A DNA stretch of 62,439 nt, counting the filler, from Catajapyx aquilonaris (taxonomy: Eukaryota): the NCBI GenBank assembly GCA_000934665.2. It is 4 parts of 4 records of this genome, joined end to end, with 100 filler letters (N's around TTAATTAATTAA, not from the genome) between each part and the next. Parts side by side here need not be neighbours in the genome. Positions count along the whole stretch, not along the records: positions 1 to 15,519 come from JYFJ02007487.1; positions 15,620 to 31,070 come from JYFJ02007488.1; 2 more parts are not named here. One strand, 5' to 3'. Shown here piece after piece: positions 13,776 to 24,878 of the stretch (positions are counted from its first letter, which is position 1; every line of letters begins with the position of its first letter). Under the pieces are notes generated by a model. The model had not been told where the DNA came from. It made no database searches and worked only from the letters and a program-made list of their open reading frames with translations. Position numbers and translations under genes: made by a program.

Positions 13776-14121
13776 CTACACTGTTTCTGGAGGCACTGTC
13801 ACTACTGTCTCGGAAGCGCTGCACATTTCCTTGCTGCACCGGAATTGTAATACCCAGCTCATGTCCTGATCGGTGGTACGGGTATGGACAAGAGAACCAC
13901 CGACATTGCACAGCATGGTGTGCCTCTCCACCCTGCGAATACCCTCAACGAATGCTGCCAAATTGACAAGTCTTCTGCTGGAGGAGATAGGAACTCCTTT
14001 TCTTGTCCTCTCGGCTTCTACAACCAATGTCGTGGCTGGCTCTGATTCTTCTGGCTCTTCGTGGCTCTCACAGTTGATTCTTTCGATGTCGTCGCTGGAG
14101 AGAACATCACTTGCACCTTGG
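13776..14121 (-). CDS. Exon 2 of the putative 176-aa protein; Mutator-like/Kolobok-type transposase N-terminal Cys/His region
   Basis: Acceptor TCCTTTTTCCATCTCACACAG|C is phase-compatible with exon 1. RRLVNLAAFVEGIRRVERHTMLC...LQFRCSKEMC resembles the (G)RRIVD..H..C...F.C..C pattern of Mutator-like transposase domains. TAG at 13776-13778. Confidence 0.5.
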
Positions 14122-14216
14122 CTGTGTGAGATGGAAAAAGGAGATAATATTAATTGTGGCAGACATTACGGGCATTATGACCTCGAGAGTGATTTTAAAT
14201 TGCCTATGAAGCTTAC

Positions 14217-14401
14217 CCGAGTACACCTTGTAAATCTGATTCCACTGCCGGTGTAATGTCAAGAGTTGGTTGGCTGAGGCTGTCGATGTCGCAGACTGGT
14301 TGACTGCGCTTCTTCCGAAATAAAGCCTGCAGGGCCCGTCCTTGAGGAGACTTTTTCCTTCGTTGCGATGGGTAGTTCTTCTTCTTCTTGTGCTGCCCCA
14401 T
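14217..14401 (-). CDS. Exon 1 of a putative spliced 176-aa transposon-derived protein (basic NLS-like N-terminus)
   Basis: ATG at 14401, MGQHKKKKNYPSQRRKK...LQGVL, donor GG|GTAAGC in phase 2. Confidence 0.5.
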
Positions 14402-14945
14402 CTTGAATGAACAAACGGTACCGGGAGAAAAATCACACCCGATAGCTCTGGCCGCTCGAGGACTTCTGGCCCCCAAACAATAGGAACTGCAATAGAAGTT
14501 CGGTGACCCACAGGGGATTGCCCTGACAACCGGTACTGAAAGCGGATCTAAAATCTTGAAGACTAAAGTGGGATTTTGACAACGGACAGTGACAACCGTT
14601 ATTGCCGTAAATCTCTGTCATGCCATGTCACGTCAGAAATCCAAAGTTTTTCGGCTGCAGGATAAGCTACATTCGATTGGTGCCGTGATTTATTAATTGC
14701 GAAGTTGCATGTATAATTAGTGTTTGAAATGCATGACTTGATGGACGATGGACAATCGGAACCTTTTCTGACAGATTAGGCTGGGGAGGCGGGAAGGTAA
14801 GGTGAATACGGTGAAAGAAAACCAGTCTATTCTTTCCCCATCCCACCTCATCCCCTACCCAGCTACTCTTCCTCCGGTTTCCACCACCCTATACCCTAGA
14901 CCCACCAGAGACGTGCCTTCCGGGCTTACTACTACAGGTATAGTG

Positions 14946-15454
14946 CTTTCAGGGGTAGTAGAGGGGACCAAGACAAGTATGTTTGGCATAGGAACCCGTG
15001 TCCGGAAACGCCATCTAGAGGGGGTTCAAAGACAAGGAACGGGTGCGCTCAGACGCGTCACGCGAGAGGCGCTAGGAGAGCGGACTGTTTTGTTGATATA
15101 TGGCGCGCAGTTGTTGCCAGGTTATGGCGTATCGCGTTGTTGTAAGTAAACAACAACGCGATACGCCATAACCTGGCAACAACAGAACCGCTGTTGACTA
15201 TCATCTGCACGTCTCCTGGGAGGCGGACTGTAGTTGCTAGATGGCTCTGCTGTTGCCACGTTATGGCACATCGCATCGTTGGTTACTATCCGAGCGCCAT
15301 CTATCAACAAAACAGTCCGCTCGCCTAGCGCCTCCTGCGTGAAGCGTCTGAGCGCACCCGTTCCTTGTCTATGAACCCCCTCTAGATGGCGTTTCCGGAC
15401 ACGGGTTCCTATGTCAAAAATACTTGCATTGGTCCCCTCTATTACCCCTGAAAG
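14946..15454. mobile_element. Foldback/MITE with nested palindrome
   Basis: ~160-bp inverted arms CTTTCAGGGGTAGTAGAGGGGACC / GGTCCCCTCTATTACCCCTGAAAG, plus an inner arm GTTGTTGCCAGGTTATGGCGTATCGCGTTGTTG and its reverse complement. Confidence 0.85.
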
Positions 15455-15476
15455 TCTTTGCAGAGTTACAATAAAC

Positions 15477-15480
<4 letters not shown>

Positions 15481-15519
<39 letters not shown>
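15481..15519. repeat. (TA)n microsatellite at a contig end
   Basis: Direct read. Confidence 0.95.
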
Positions 15520-15619
15520 NNNNNNNNNNNNNNNNNNNNNNNNNNNNNNNNNNNNNNNNNNNNTTAATTAATTAANNNNNNNNNNNNNNNNNNNNNNNNN
15601 NNNNNNNNNNNNNNNNNNN
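15520..15619. other. Artificial contig spacer
   Basis: 44 N + TTAATTAATTAA (stops in all six frames) + 44 N. Confidence 0.97.
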
Positions 15620-15684
15620 TGTGTATAACCCCACCACTCCATTTTTTGGGGGTGTCCCAATATTTTCAGATCAGGGCAAGTATA
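15620..15684. repeat. Repeat fragment; inverted near-identical copy at 46301-46365
   Basis: TGTGTATAACCCCACCACTCC...CAAGTATA versus its reverse complement, one mismatch. Confidence 0.85.
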
Positions 15685-15714
15685 ATGAAAATATGTGATA
15701 TCCTTCTCGTGGTC

Positions 15715-15870
15715 CTGTGGACATCCTTTCGGCATGATGAAGGAAGAAGCACCATCCTGATGCCAGTGTCTGCGCCAACCCTCCAGTCACGACTCATCTC
15801 TTCCGGAGAGAGCTTTTGGAGCTCAGGCCCCCTGCGAGCCTGGGAATAGAATCTTCTCTCCGGGAAACCA
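15715..15870 (-). pseudogene. Decayed LTR-retrotransposon gag (CCHC knuckle) remnant
   Basis: KLSPEEMSR.WRVGA then, with frameshifts, RHWHQDG..HHA.GCP, consistent with a degenerate LS.EE..RR..G.C-x2-C-x4-H-x4-C knuckle. Confidence 0.35.
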
Positions 15871-18800
15871 GCCGGGGATCAAAGGTCACCACCTTACACC
15901 TCAGCAAAGGGTCATCCATCAAGACTAGTCACGGATCTATGTGATGCTCCCTCAAAATTGACCCCTTCGCACTATTGCCTATTTCTCATGGTGGGGATGG
16001 GAACAGCACTTTCACCCATCATAATACAGGGTGTCGAATATACTCAGCTATTTTCAGGAGGTGTGTTCAGGGGGGCCAAAAACTGGGACCGACCTCACAG
16101 TTTGAGCCTGGTAGAATACAATTCCACCTGCAAACAAACCCTCGACAGCAGGTAGCACAGGTGATAAGTAGAGGGCAGGGTCACCAACACCGGCCCAGGT
16201 CCCCCTTTTGGTACCCCTCCCCTTGCCTCTTTGGAAGAAAAGAAAAAAAAGGAGGAAGGTGGGGGGAGGCAATGTAGAAGAGCTGCTTTTCCCTCGGGAA
16301 CCTGTGCCTTTGGCGTGGGAACCTCACGCAAAACCAGCATTTCCGAGCCCATCTAACAGGTGCTAAGGGGGGGCACCCATCGACAATTTTGACATTTGGA
16401 GCACCCATCGTACATGGTGTGAGACACATGAATTCTAAGGAAACACCTGTTGGCACCCCATGAAATGAAAATGTCAGGCGTAGACCTATTCAATCTATAT
16501 TTTAACTATTTATTTAATTTTTAGTGATTAACAAACTCAGCTTACTCAGGACCCAAATTGGTCCATCCTATTTTGATCTTCAAGGCACCCTAAAATGGGC
16601 CTCCGTCCATAACTAGAGGAATTCGAATGTGAAGGTCAACCACTTGGCCCAAACAGTCTTTCTTTAGGTCAACGCACGGCTCTCACCATGACTTGGGGAA
16701 AAACTTTTTCTTCCTTCATTAGTTCAAGGTCCTGGAATCTTCATAATTAAAAAGAGGGGGGCTACTTTTACACCGAAGCATACCCACACATACCAAAAAA
16801 AAATTGTGTAGCAACCAGTGGCAAAAACTCAATTTGTACATTTTCGTATTCGGCCAGACAACACTTGGGTCGGACTTAGCCTAAAAAATGCGTAAAAAAC
16901 TGAACTGAAAAAGCGATGGGTGTAAACCTTGTCCAAAAAAAATATGAATAAGTTAACACGAATAGCTCACTGTATAGGGGTCAAGGTAGAGAGTAGGAGA
17001 AAATTAGGCCTACTATTAATTTCTGATACAAATAGTGAATACAAAGATGTGGGATGCTGTGCATTATAAAATGAAGGCTGCCCAACAGCTGAAGTGGACC
17101 AACATTTTTTTGTTAATAAATTAAATAACGAATTTTGACACTTCCAAGTGACCTAATACATCGTAGCCTCACTGGCACAAAAACCCACTTATGACTGCCA
17201 TAGGCGACAATAATTCAATAGACAAATTCTTGTGGGTTGGCCCACTCTGATTCTACACCTGTCCCAAACCCTATATACTCTGCATAGAAGGGTTGGCAAC
17301 AATCAAATGGGTTTTGAAGCCTGGAGGACCCTCAAACCCCATAATTCAGTGCTAATGGTTTCTTTCATTTTACATGGGATTCTCATATCTCCAATCTAAT
17401 TTTTTTCTGAAGAATTTCTTCAGCTTTGCTTTGACGCCGCATATTTGTGACATCTTCAATAGTTATTTGCATAAAATGTTGCTTCTGACCCGACAGCCGA
17501 TAAGAGGCGCAAACAATGCGCATACATGTGATGATTTACGTTGCAGACATGCTGGTTTTTCTAAGAACCTCTCACACGCACTAATTACCTGCCAGTTGGA
17601 CGATATTTCGATATAAGGGAATGTCGCGATATTTTCGATATTTGTTTTTCAATGTCGATTTGAGCTGATATCGTACCTGCTAGTTGTGTGACCCCTGCCA
17701 ATAACAGCGATCAGGTCCCCCCTAGAGGTCAATCCGTGAGGACATACCGAACCCATCAGGACTCGATTGGCTCAACCGAACCCTTAACAAACAATTTAAG
17801 TAGGACAATGCTGGTGCTTGGCTGGACCGACCTCATGATGGCCTCTTATGAGATTGCCCCAGTTGAGCAATTAGCGCCCATTTCGACTAATGAACAATCT
17901 CAAGAGCACTTCTGGTTCCTTATTGACATTTACACGTTTGCTTATAAGCCGGCCTCAGTATAAAGTCATGGACAACAGCTAAGACTCTTCCTTATCCACC
18001 TGAACCGTGGGAAAAACCTGCTTCCGATAAGGATAAGAAGCGGTAAGTACCCTTTATTTTTTTGTGTGTACATGAGAGGTGGTTTGCTTAGGGATAACAA
18101 TATTAAAGGTCCTCGTTTTAAGTCAACACTGCGATTCGTCAACTTCCCTGTACACTTGAGACCGGTATATGGAAGTCGTTAGGTGTAGAAGTTTTTTTTT
18201 TAAATTTTGTTGTTGTTGTTGTGTTCACTACCTTGCCTCGCTTATGAAATGATCGTGGGAACTGGGTGCTAAACAAGGTCAACGGCACGGAATGCTATTA
18301 GAAAGTCGGATCCCGAGCCAAAAATTATGCAACATGATGCAGTGCGGTACTCATCTGCATAGTTACACATAAACATAAAGTGCAAGATAATATTCACCGG
18401 TCTGTATAATTATATTTGCATGAAATGTCGGTGAAATATCTCGATTAAATATTTATGAAACTACACTGCGTCATTATAATTTATTGCTACATTCTGGTGT
18501 AACCTTATTGAAAAAATAGGCTCATAATTTTTATTGCATAATTCATATTTTTTTGCAAGATGTTCTTTTTGTCGAATTACAAGATCGTATCGATTACAAC
18601 ACGCTTCAGAAGCTTCTTTTCACCCCAATTTTTTGCGGGCTACTGGCGAGAAAGAAAAAGTTTGCAGTCTAATGAGAGTAATTTTCGTGTGACCAACTCC
18701 ACCCACATACCACTGCCCACGTTTGCATCTTGGTTTGGAACTCCGTGTGAGGAAAAATGCGCGTAGCAAGGATACCAAACGGCCTTCGATCACGTGAGAA

Positions 18801-20769
18801 ACCGATCCAGAAACGAAAATGTTCGCCTCAAATGACATGAATTTATTGCATTGCCACCATTCATTAACCATTATTTAGTGTCAATATTCATGGATGCCAA
18901 GGCAAACCACATATGTTGAACAGAACTAATCGGTAAAAAATACAACGAGAGCAATTGCACAATATTACTTCTATAGATTCATGTTCAGCCATTTTTTATA
19001 ATTTTAGCTCGATGCAGATGCATATAATTTACATAATTTATTACGTACATATCTTTAAATATTCCTGGTAGTAAATATCAGCCACGAGTCGCTTTTCTAA
19101 ACGTTAAATGCAATTTTTGTAATAAAAATTTGAAAGCGACCTTCCAGATTGGAATAATAAAAAAGAAGCAATAAATTCCGTAGATTATTTCAAGTCAAGT
19201 GCTTTTTGCACTATCAATCTATTTCTTAACTAGAAAATATTAAGCAGATTGATCTAGAATATAATAAGCCCAGTAGTTGAGCCAGTAGCCGTTCCACGCA
19301 ATCCACAAGCCTCACCTTTGACCCTAGATGTATTCCGAACACTGTAATTAAGAAGGTAACGAGGGCGGGACTCGATCACGTTTCTTCGAGAAGAAATTCA
19401 AGTCATGAGGTATGAACGATTTTTTTTTTGTACTCATTTTTTCAGCTAATCCTGCTTTTATTTCAGGCAGGCTTATCCTCACATATTTATTACCAATTAC
19501 TGATCCGGTGTTAACCACTCATCATTGAAGCTAATTATCCGAACACCGCGATAAGAAATCACCACCAGAAATTTGCATGATACAGCCTGAGCTCCTCACA
19601 AAAAAATGATTCGCATTACACCTGTTATTGTTGTAGACATCTGGTTACCTACAGAGCATATAGGCTGAGTATGACCTCACGTTATATATAATGTGTTTGC
19701 CTACTCAATGTACACTAATTATTTTGCCTGGTTTACTGTATGTGCAATTTGCATGCTTGATTGAATTAATGCTCAAATTTAATCAGGAGCGACTGCACTT
19801 TGTGTTTGCACTTTCTGACGAGACATCAGGTGACTGGCAGACCGGGTCCCGATGGCAAACTCTGTTTATCTGAAAATGACTAGGAGCTGGAAATAGTGTT
19901 TGAGGATGCATTACAGCAAAACAAACATGGCGGGAAGCTCCTTGCCCTCCAAACGAGCCGACAGGAAGCGGATGTTTGTGAATTCTGGACCCTTGGTATC
20001 CTCTGCTTATTCTTATAGAACAATCAGGAGACTATATCGAAATGTCAATAATTATGAGTCAGTGACCTAATTGGAGGGGTGCGCAATATTATAGGTGAAT
20101 CATATGAAGTGGAAGAAAAAGCAAGCCGGTGATGAGGTTTTCTTTGAAGAGGAGAGTAGGGTGTGTGTCCCTTATGAGTCGCGTGACCTCTTCCTGTGAC
20201 AAGAGGAGGAGGATCGTTCCCAGGGCTCCTACACGTGGATCGTCGACGTTCTAGCTGCCGCTCGACTTATGCAAGTGACGGCTCCCGGGATTGCCCTCCG
20301 GAAAGCATGGCCGACGGACACACACGTGCCCAGTACGTGGGAACATACATACATTCTTCACGCGTCACATCGCACGTACTAGCTCATGAAATAATTTTTA
20401 CCAGTTTCCATCACTTACAGAGTTAGCTATTTTGTCACATCGGCGTCCAAGCCATTAGAGATTGAATCCCACGATAATTATAATTCTTGGTGCATGAGAT
20501 AATATGAGGGGAGCGCACCCACTGTGAGAGCCGCCATAACTAATGCCGGCGAATACTTGTTTAGGAAAGATTTCACGCCAGGAACGTCCAGATAACGTGT
20601 CCAACACGTTTCTCGCCCATCGCATCCCATTGGTTCCAATCATATTCTAACAAATTTTTTAATACAAATTCTTCAAATAAGTCCAATTTTGATGACTGAT
20701 TAATTTTAGTGTCAATCATGACCTGTGAGAAATCCCTGTGGAATGAGCCAGGCATGGTAACGCGTGCTC

Positions 20770-21210
20770 TGTGGGGACCAGAAGAAGATGGACAGATAAG
20801 GTCACGATAGACTGTGGGAAAGTCTGCTGTTTGTCACCTGATTTCCAGATCGCTGGTGGGAACCGCCGCGCCGGTACCCCGCACCCGCCTCTTTTCACGG
20901 CACCAACGGTCATCATGGGGATCGATATTTTGAATCCGAGACTTGGGTTAAAAGGACATGGGGGTTATCCGTGGGAATGGAGATGCCGAGCTTTAGTAGT
21001 AGGTGGGTGTGTGTATATATAGAGTGAGGGGTGGGGGCCACCCTTTGGCCCAAAAGCGGCCAACTTTTCCCACGCCCGTGGTAACGGCATTTTGGCGCAT
21101 GCCGGGGTATTGCTGGGCACCCGTTCGGACACGTGCCATGGTCACCCCCACCCCAGGCTGGATCATTACACCCGCAGATGCACTGTTGCATTTTGGGCAC
21201 ACTTCACCGG
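20770..21210 (+). pseudogene. Decayed retroelement pol fragment (protease C-terminus and linker)
   Basis: PTVIMGIDIL...CRALVVG then, in another frame, TFPTPVVTAFWRMPG; resembles the IIGIDIL...RAIMVG...LP..IVNQKQYRIPGG order of ERV-L-type pol. Confidence 0.4.
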
Positions 21211-23204
21211 AACACTATGCCGTTAGCAACAATTATAGGATTTATTACATAGAAAAAAAAGTATAGTTGACGTCCACTATTCCAGTAGTAGTGATGCCTT
21301 GACCTACATCAGCCTACATCCAAAGGTGAAACGTCTATATCTTTCTTTCTAGTGAATGAACGTGCCTACAACCTAGAACTCTCATACAGGCATTGACAGA
21401 ACCGGTTTCTCTTCACAGCAGCTCCCAGGAGAAATGCATGTCAACTGCTAATAATGCCCACCTTTTTCCTTCGACCTCCCAAGCTTCGGAGCTTCTTTTT
21501 CTGACCCGGAATATTAATTACTGATTATCACTCAAACGTGATGTGTAATGAGGTTGCTCTAGTTTACTCCCACATTACTAGATCGACCATAAAATAACTT
21601 CCCGAATATTTCACTTTTTTAAACATTCGAAAAAAGTAATGTTAATTAATTAGGGTGATGAGTGGGAATATCACATGTGGGTAATTCCACTAATTGCTCA
21701 AAAACTGGTTGGTACTATATAGCTTGAGTGAGAAATAAGGGAAAGTGAGGACGATCTCACCCTATACTACTAGATCTACGTTTAATTTATCCTCATCACA
21801 TCCTTCTACCGGTTATTCCCACGATCTTTTCTTCCCCATATTATTTTCCTCTCATACCTTTCACTCTCGACCAGTACAGGTTCACATGTATTATGAAGAA
21901 AATAATTTGTTTTTGGTCAGTAGCTGCTTAGGTATAGCGGTCCAATTTTGTGATAATAAAAGAAGCTCAAATCCTTCACAAGCACTGTTTTGACCCATAA
22001 TTTCCCATTTTTTTCTTCAGATTCCATTCTGCATACCAATTCAAAGGGGATAAAGTACTGGCTGAATTTGCCCGCCGGTAGTTGAAGTTTGTTGTAAGAG
22101 CAGCCATAGAAGAAAAAACCTGGAAGGGATGAGGAAGGGTACAAAAAAAAAATAATTTAAACTCTGGTTGCGAGAACACCACATGGCCAGCAGAATGGAA
22201 GCAAAAAAAATGCTAGTACACTCTTTCTCCTCTCTCTTTCTGTAAGGCATATAAAAACAGGCGAAAGGCAGCAGGGTGAAAGACCCCAAACTCTTCTTCA
22301 CCACCTCACCAAGTCCCCTCCGGGACTCGGACCACTTTTTCTACATATCTTTAGGTCTGCTCATCTACTCAAAATCTACCAATGTTTAGCCATCGGGTAT
22401 TGTTTACTAGAAGCTGTGTTGTGTCTGAGAATCTGATGGATTAGTTGTAATACAGGCAATTTTCTCAGATCGAATATGCAGTAAAATGTGCACCTAAAAT
22501 TGGGTGACACTACTGGTTTAAAATTAAGACCTGACCTAAGACATAAGGATCTGCATGATACACATTACATGACCAATTTTTTAAAAACATTTCTCTAAAG
22601 CAATTAATATATAATCGCAAGACTTGGGTCGCACGAGTTAGACAATGCCATAATTTTTGGTAGTTAATCTTAACTCATGTTCATACAACTAGCTCTAAAT
22701 AACTTAGCACAAAACTTACAAGCTATTTAAATCTGACTGACCGTGCAATATTGCTGAATCAACGCAGAGCAGCAGTAGGAAAAGAGCGCCGTCCACTATA
22801 CGTAGCTCGTTATCGCATCCTGGCACAGTTTGTTGCGTCCATGTGCATATCCGACTGTGCTTCAAATTATGAAAATAAAATAGTAGTCAAATGCGAGGAC
22901 AATATGGAAGGCATTTGAGCTCAAGTAAAACACTCACATCCGTGACTCACATTATGGAAATATCAGTGCAGTACTGTTGAGAGATTATGCTACTTCCTGG
23001 GAAATGTGCCTTACCACATCAAAATATACGGTAGGCTACCGTATTTCACTTCAGGGCATGTTTCGCTACATGAGCACGTGCCTCAGGTACAAGACGTGTA
23101 TTTCTGTGCTTAAATACAACTGAAAATGAAAAATAATATATACCGTATATATCATAGCCATTCCAATCTGCGGAACAAAGGCTTGATTTGTGGAAATTTT
23201 GATC

Positions 23205-23595
23205 AAAAGAGGGTCTGTGCCACGGTATCATAGTGTCCTCTACGACGAGGTCAATTATATAGACTGCGCCCGCTTTTGGCCCAAAGACTGTGAGCTATAG
23301 CCCGTGCCCGTGGGCTGGAAGCTCGACAACCCAAGGTAGTATGCACCCCCCTTACTAAGTAAGGGGGTTATGCTTATACGTACACTTGAGTTTTGGTTTT
23401 ACAAGTTCAGTTTGTATAGTAGTAGTTTGTAGAGTTTTTGTTTTTCTTGTGCGATGTTGTTGCAGGGGCACTAGTCAGTAGTTTGCGGGTGCGGGGGGTG
23501 CAGGGCTCCCTTCGCAAAGGGGTACCGTTTTGCTGTCACATCTCCTCCCAGCCTCCAAATCGCTTGGATTACAGGAGTACGCTACCACTCCCAGC
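23205..23595 (-). ncRNA. 7SL Alu-domain-headed ncRNA, type A, copy 1 (no S domain)
   Basis: Starts GCTGGGAGTGGTAGCGTACTCCTGTAATCCAAGCGATTTGGAGGCTG (helices 3 and 4 and the UGU motif of the SRP Alu domain); A-rich linker; structured 3' domain; first T4 at 23208-23205, so the 3' end is uncertain. Confidence 0.7.
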
Positions 23596-23625
23596 TGTCT
23601 CTGTTCAAGCTTCAGAAATTGGGAT

Positions 23626-23745
23626 GGGGGTATTTAAGCATCAAAGTCCACTCAGATATATGACCGCCCCAGTCCGGATGGAGCCATATTTGGTCCAGCA
23701 GCTGCGTCCGGCACATAATCTTGTGCGAGCCATGGTTTTGTATCC
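23626..23745 (-). promoter_or_regulatory. Upstream promoter of RNA A1 (TATA-like, GC box, CArG, E-box)
   Basis: TTAAATA (23637-23631), GGGGCGG (23670-23664), CCATATTTGG (23684-23693), CAGCTG (23699-23704); one mismatch versus copy 2 over ~120 bp. Confidence 0.65.
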
Positions 23746-24449
23746 TCTCTACCTCTCGCTACGCTTTATTTTTATTACATACTTGAGATTTTACAATAAT
23801 TCAGTGATTATTTCTCCAGACGCATATTTAAAATTAGGCAGTCGCATTAGTTATAGCCGAACACAAAACCCCTTTTGAAGACATACTGTGTAGAGTAGTG
23901 TCCAATGCATTTTCACAATGCTGGGCATTTAGAAGCAGTTTGCCGAATACAGATGATTTTGGAACAATATTTGCGAAAACAAAGGTTGTTCGAGCAGCAT
24001 TAACTCGTATTCTTCCCAGATAGTGGTGGCTGGTGGACAACAACCTAGAACCAACGTTATATACAGCAGCAATACCTACACTCAGTTTAACAGCATACCA
24101 ATCGGCAAGAGTAGTCCATAGTGTGACTGTGTTGAGGGTATCATCCAGTTTGAACATGAAACGGGTGCCGTGATCGAATTTATTAATTCACTTCTCTTAT
24201 GCACTTCTTAAACATTTCATCCTCTGTTAAAAACGCAGAATCTTGGTTCCAAAACCAAACACTTCTGCGCTTGAAACCAACCACGCAGCATCCAATACAG
24301 GTTTTAACGCCACTGTGGAGATTTAGCGAACTCCCAAGGGATACTCTGGTTGAACCACGACGGCACGGGTTGTACCGTATCATTCCTGGTGTGTAGACAT
24401 ACAACAGAAAATTTCTAGGACAATTCAACAGAGACAACTCCTTCGTAGT

Positions 24450-24748
24450 AAAAGTAGCCCCCGCAACGAGGGTGTCCGGAGACTATCTCGATCCCACAGT
24501 CCAACGACGTGGTGCCACATGCGACATGTCCCGAGGAGCATATGCAGCACCAAGTCCGAGGCTCAGTCCTTTCTCACCACTGTTGTGGTGAGAATGCGAA
24601 AGAACCAGTATTAAGTCAAAGTTTCAGAACACGTCGCGAACTGGGGGGTCGAGAACCCACCGCGGAGAGAACAGCCCGTTCTCGACTCATCCGACTTTCC
24701 CGGCCTCCCAGAAGCGTTGGATTACAGGAGTGCGCCACCACTCCCAGC
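24450..24748 (-). ncRNA. 7SL Alu-domain-headed ncRNA, type B, copy 1 (299 nt, no S domain)
   Basis: Starts GCTGGGAGTGGTGGCGCACTCCTGTAATCCAACGCTTCTGGGAGGCCGGG with loop-loop complementarity GGCG/CGCT; ends in hairpin CCCTCGTTGCGGGGG followed by CTACTTTT. Confidence 0.75.
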
Positions 24749-24878
24749 CGATAACACTTGCATTCGGAGGGGGTATTTAAGCATCCGACTCTATAGTTCG
24801 CACATTACAGCATCTTTGAATCAAGGAGGTGAAGATGTCAGGTCAAGTCAACAGAGGCATTAAAGGTTGCGTTTATTG
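24749..24878 (-). promoter_or_regulatory. Upstream promoter of RNA B1
   Basis: GATGCTTAAATACCCC with TTAAATA (24780-24774) 25 nt before the Alu head; strongly conserved with copy 2. Confidence 0.65.

Noticed and set aside
20195..20450. LTR (TGTGAC...GTCACA) with PBS upstream of the pol remnant
   Set aside because: No TSD, no second LTR and no convincing TGG-starting PBS.
23380..23450. Telomerase RNA template in the C/A-rich linker
   Set aside because: No conserved CCTAA-type repeat in both copies, and the linker is the least conserved part.
23236..24570. Hammerhead, HDV-like or twister ribozyme in the 3' domains
   Set aside because: No CTGANGA/GAAA core, and I could not thread the HDV or twister topology by eye.
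24450..24748. Canonical 7SL RNA gene (length 299 nt fits)
   Set aside because: No S-domain helix 6/8 motifs; the helix after the head closes at about nt 115 instead of pairing with the 3' end; the middle is not conserved between copies.
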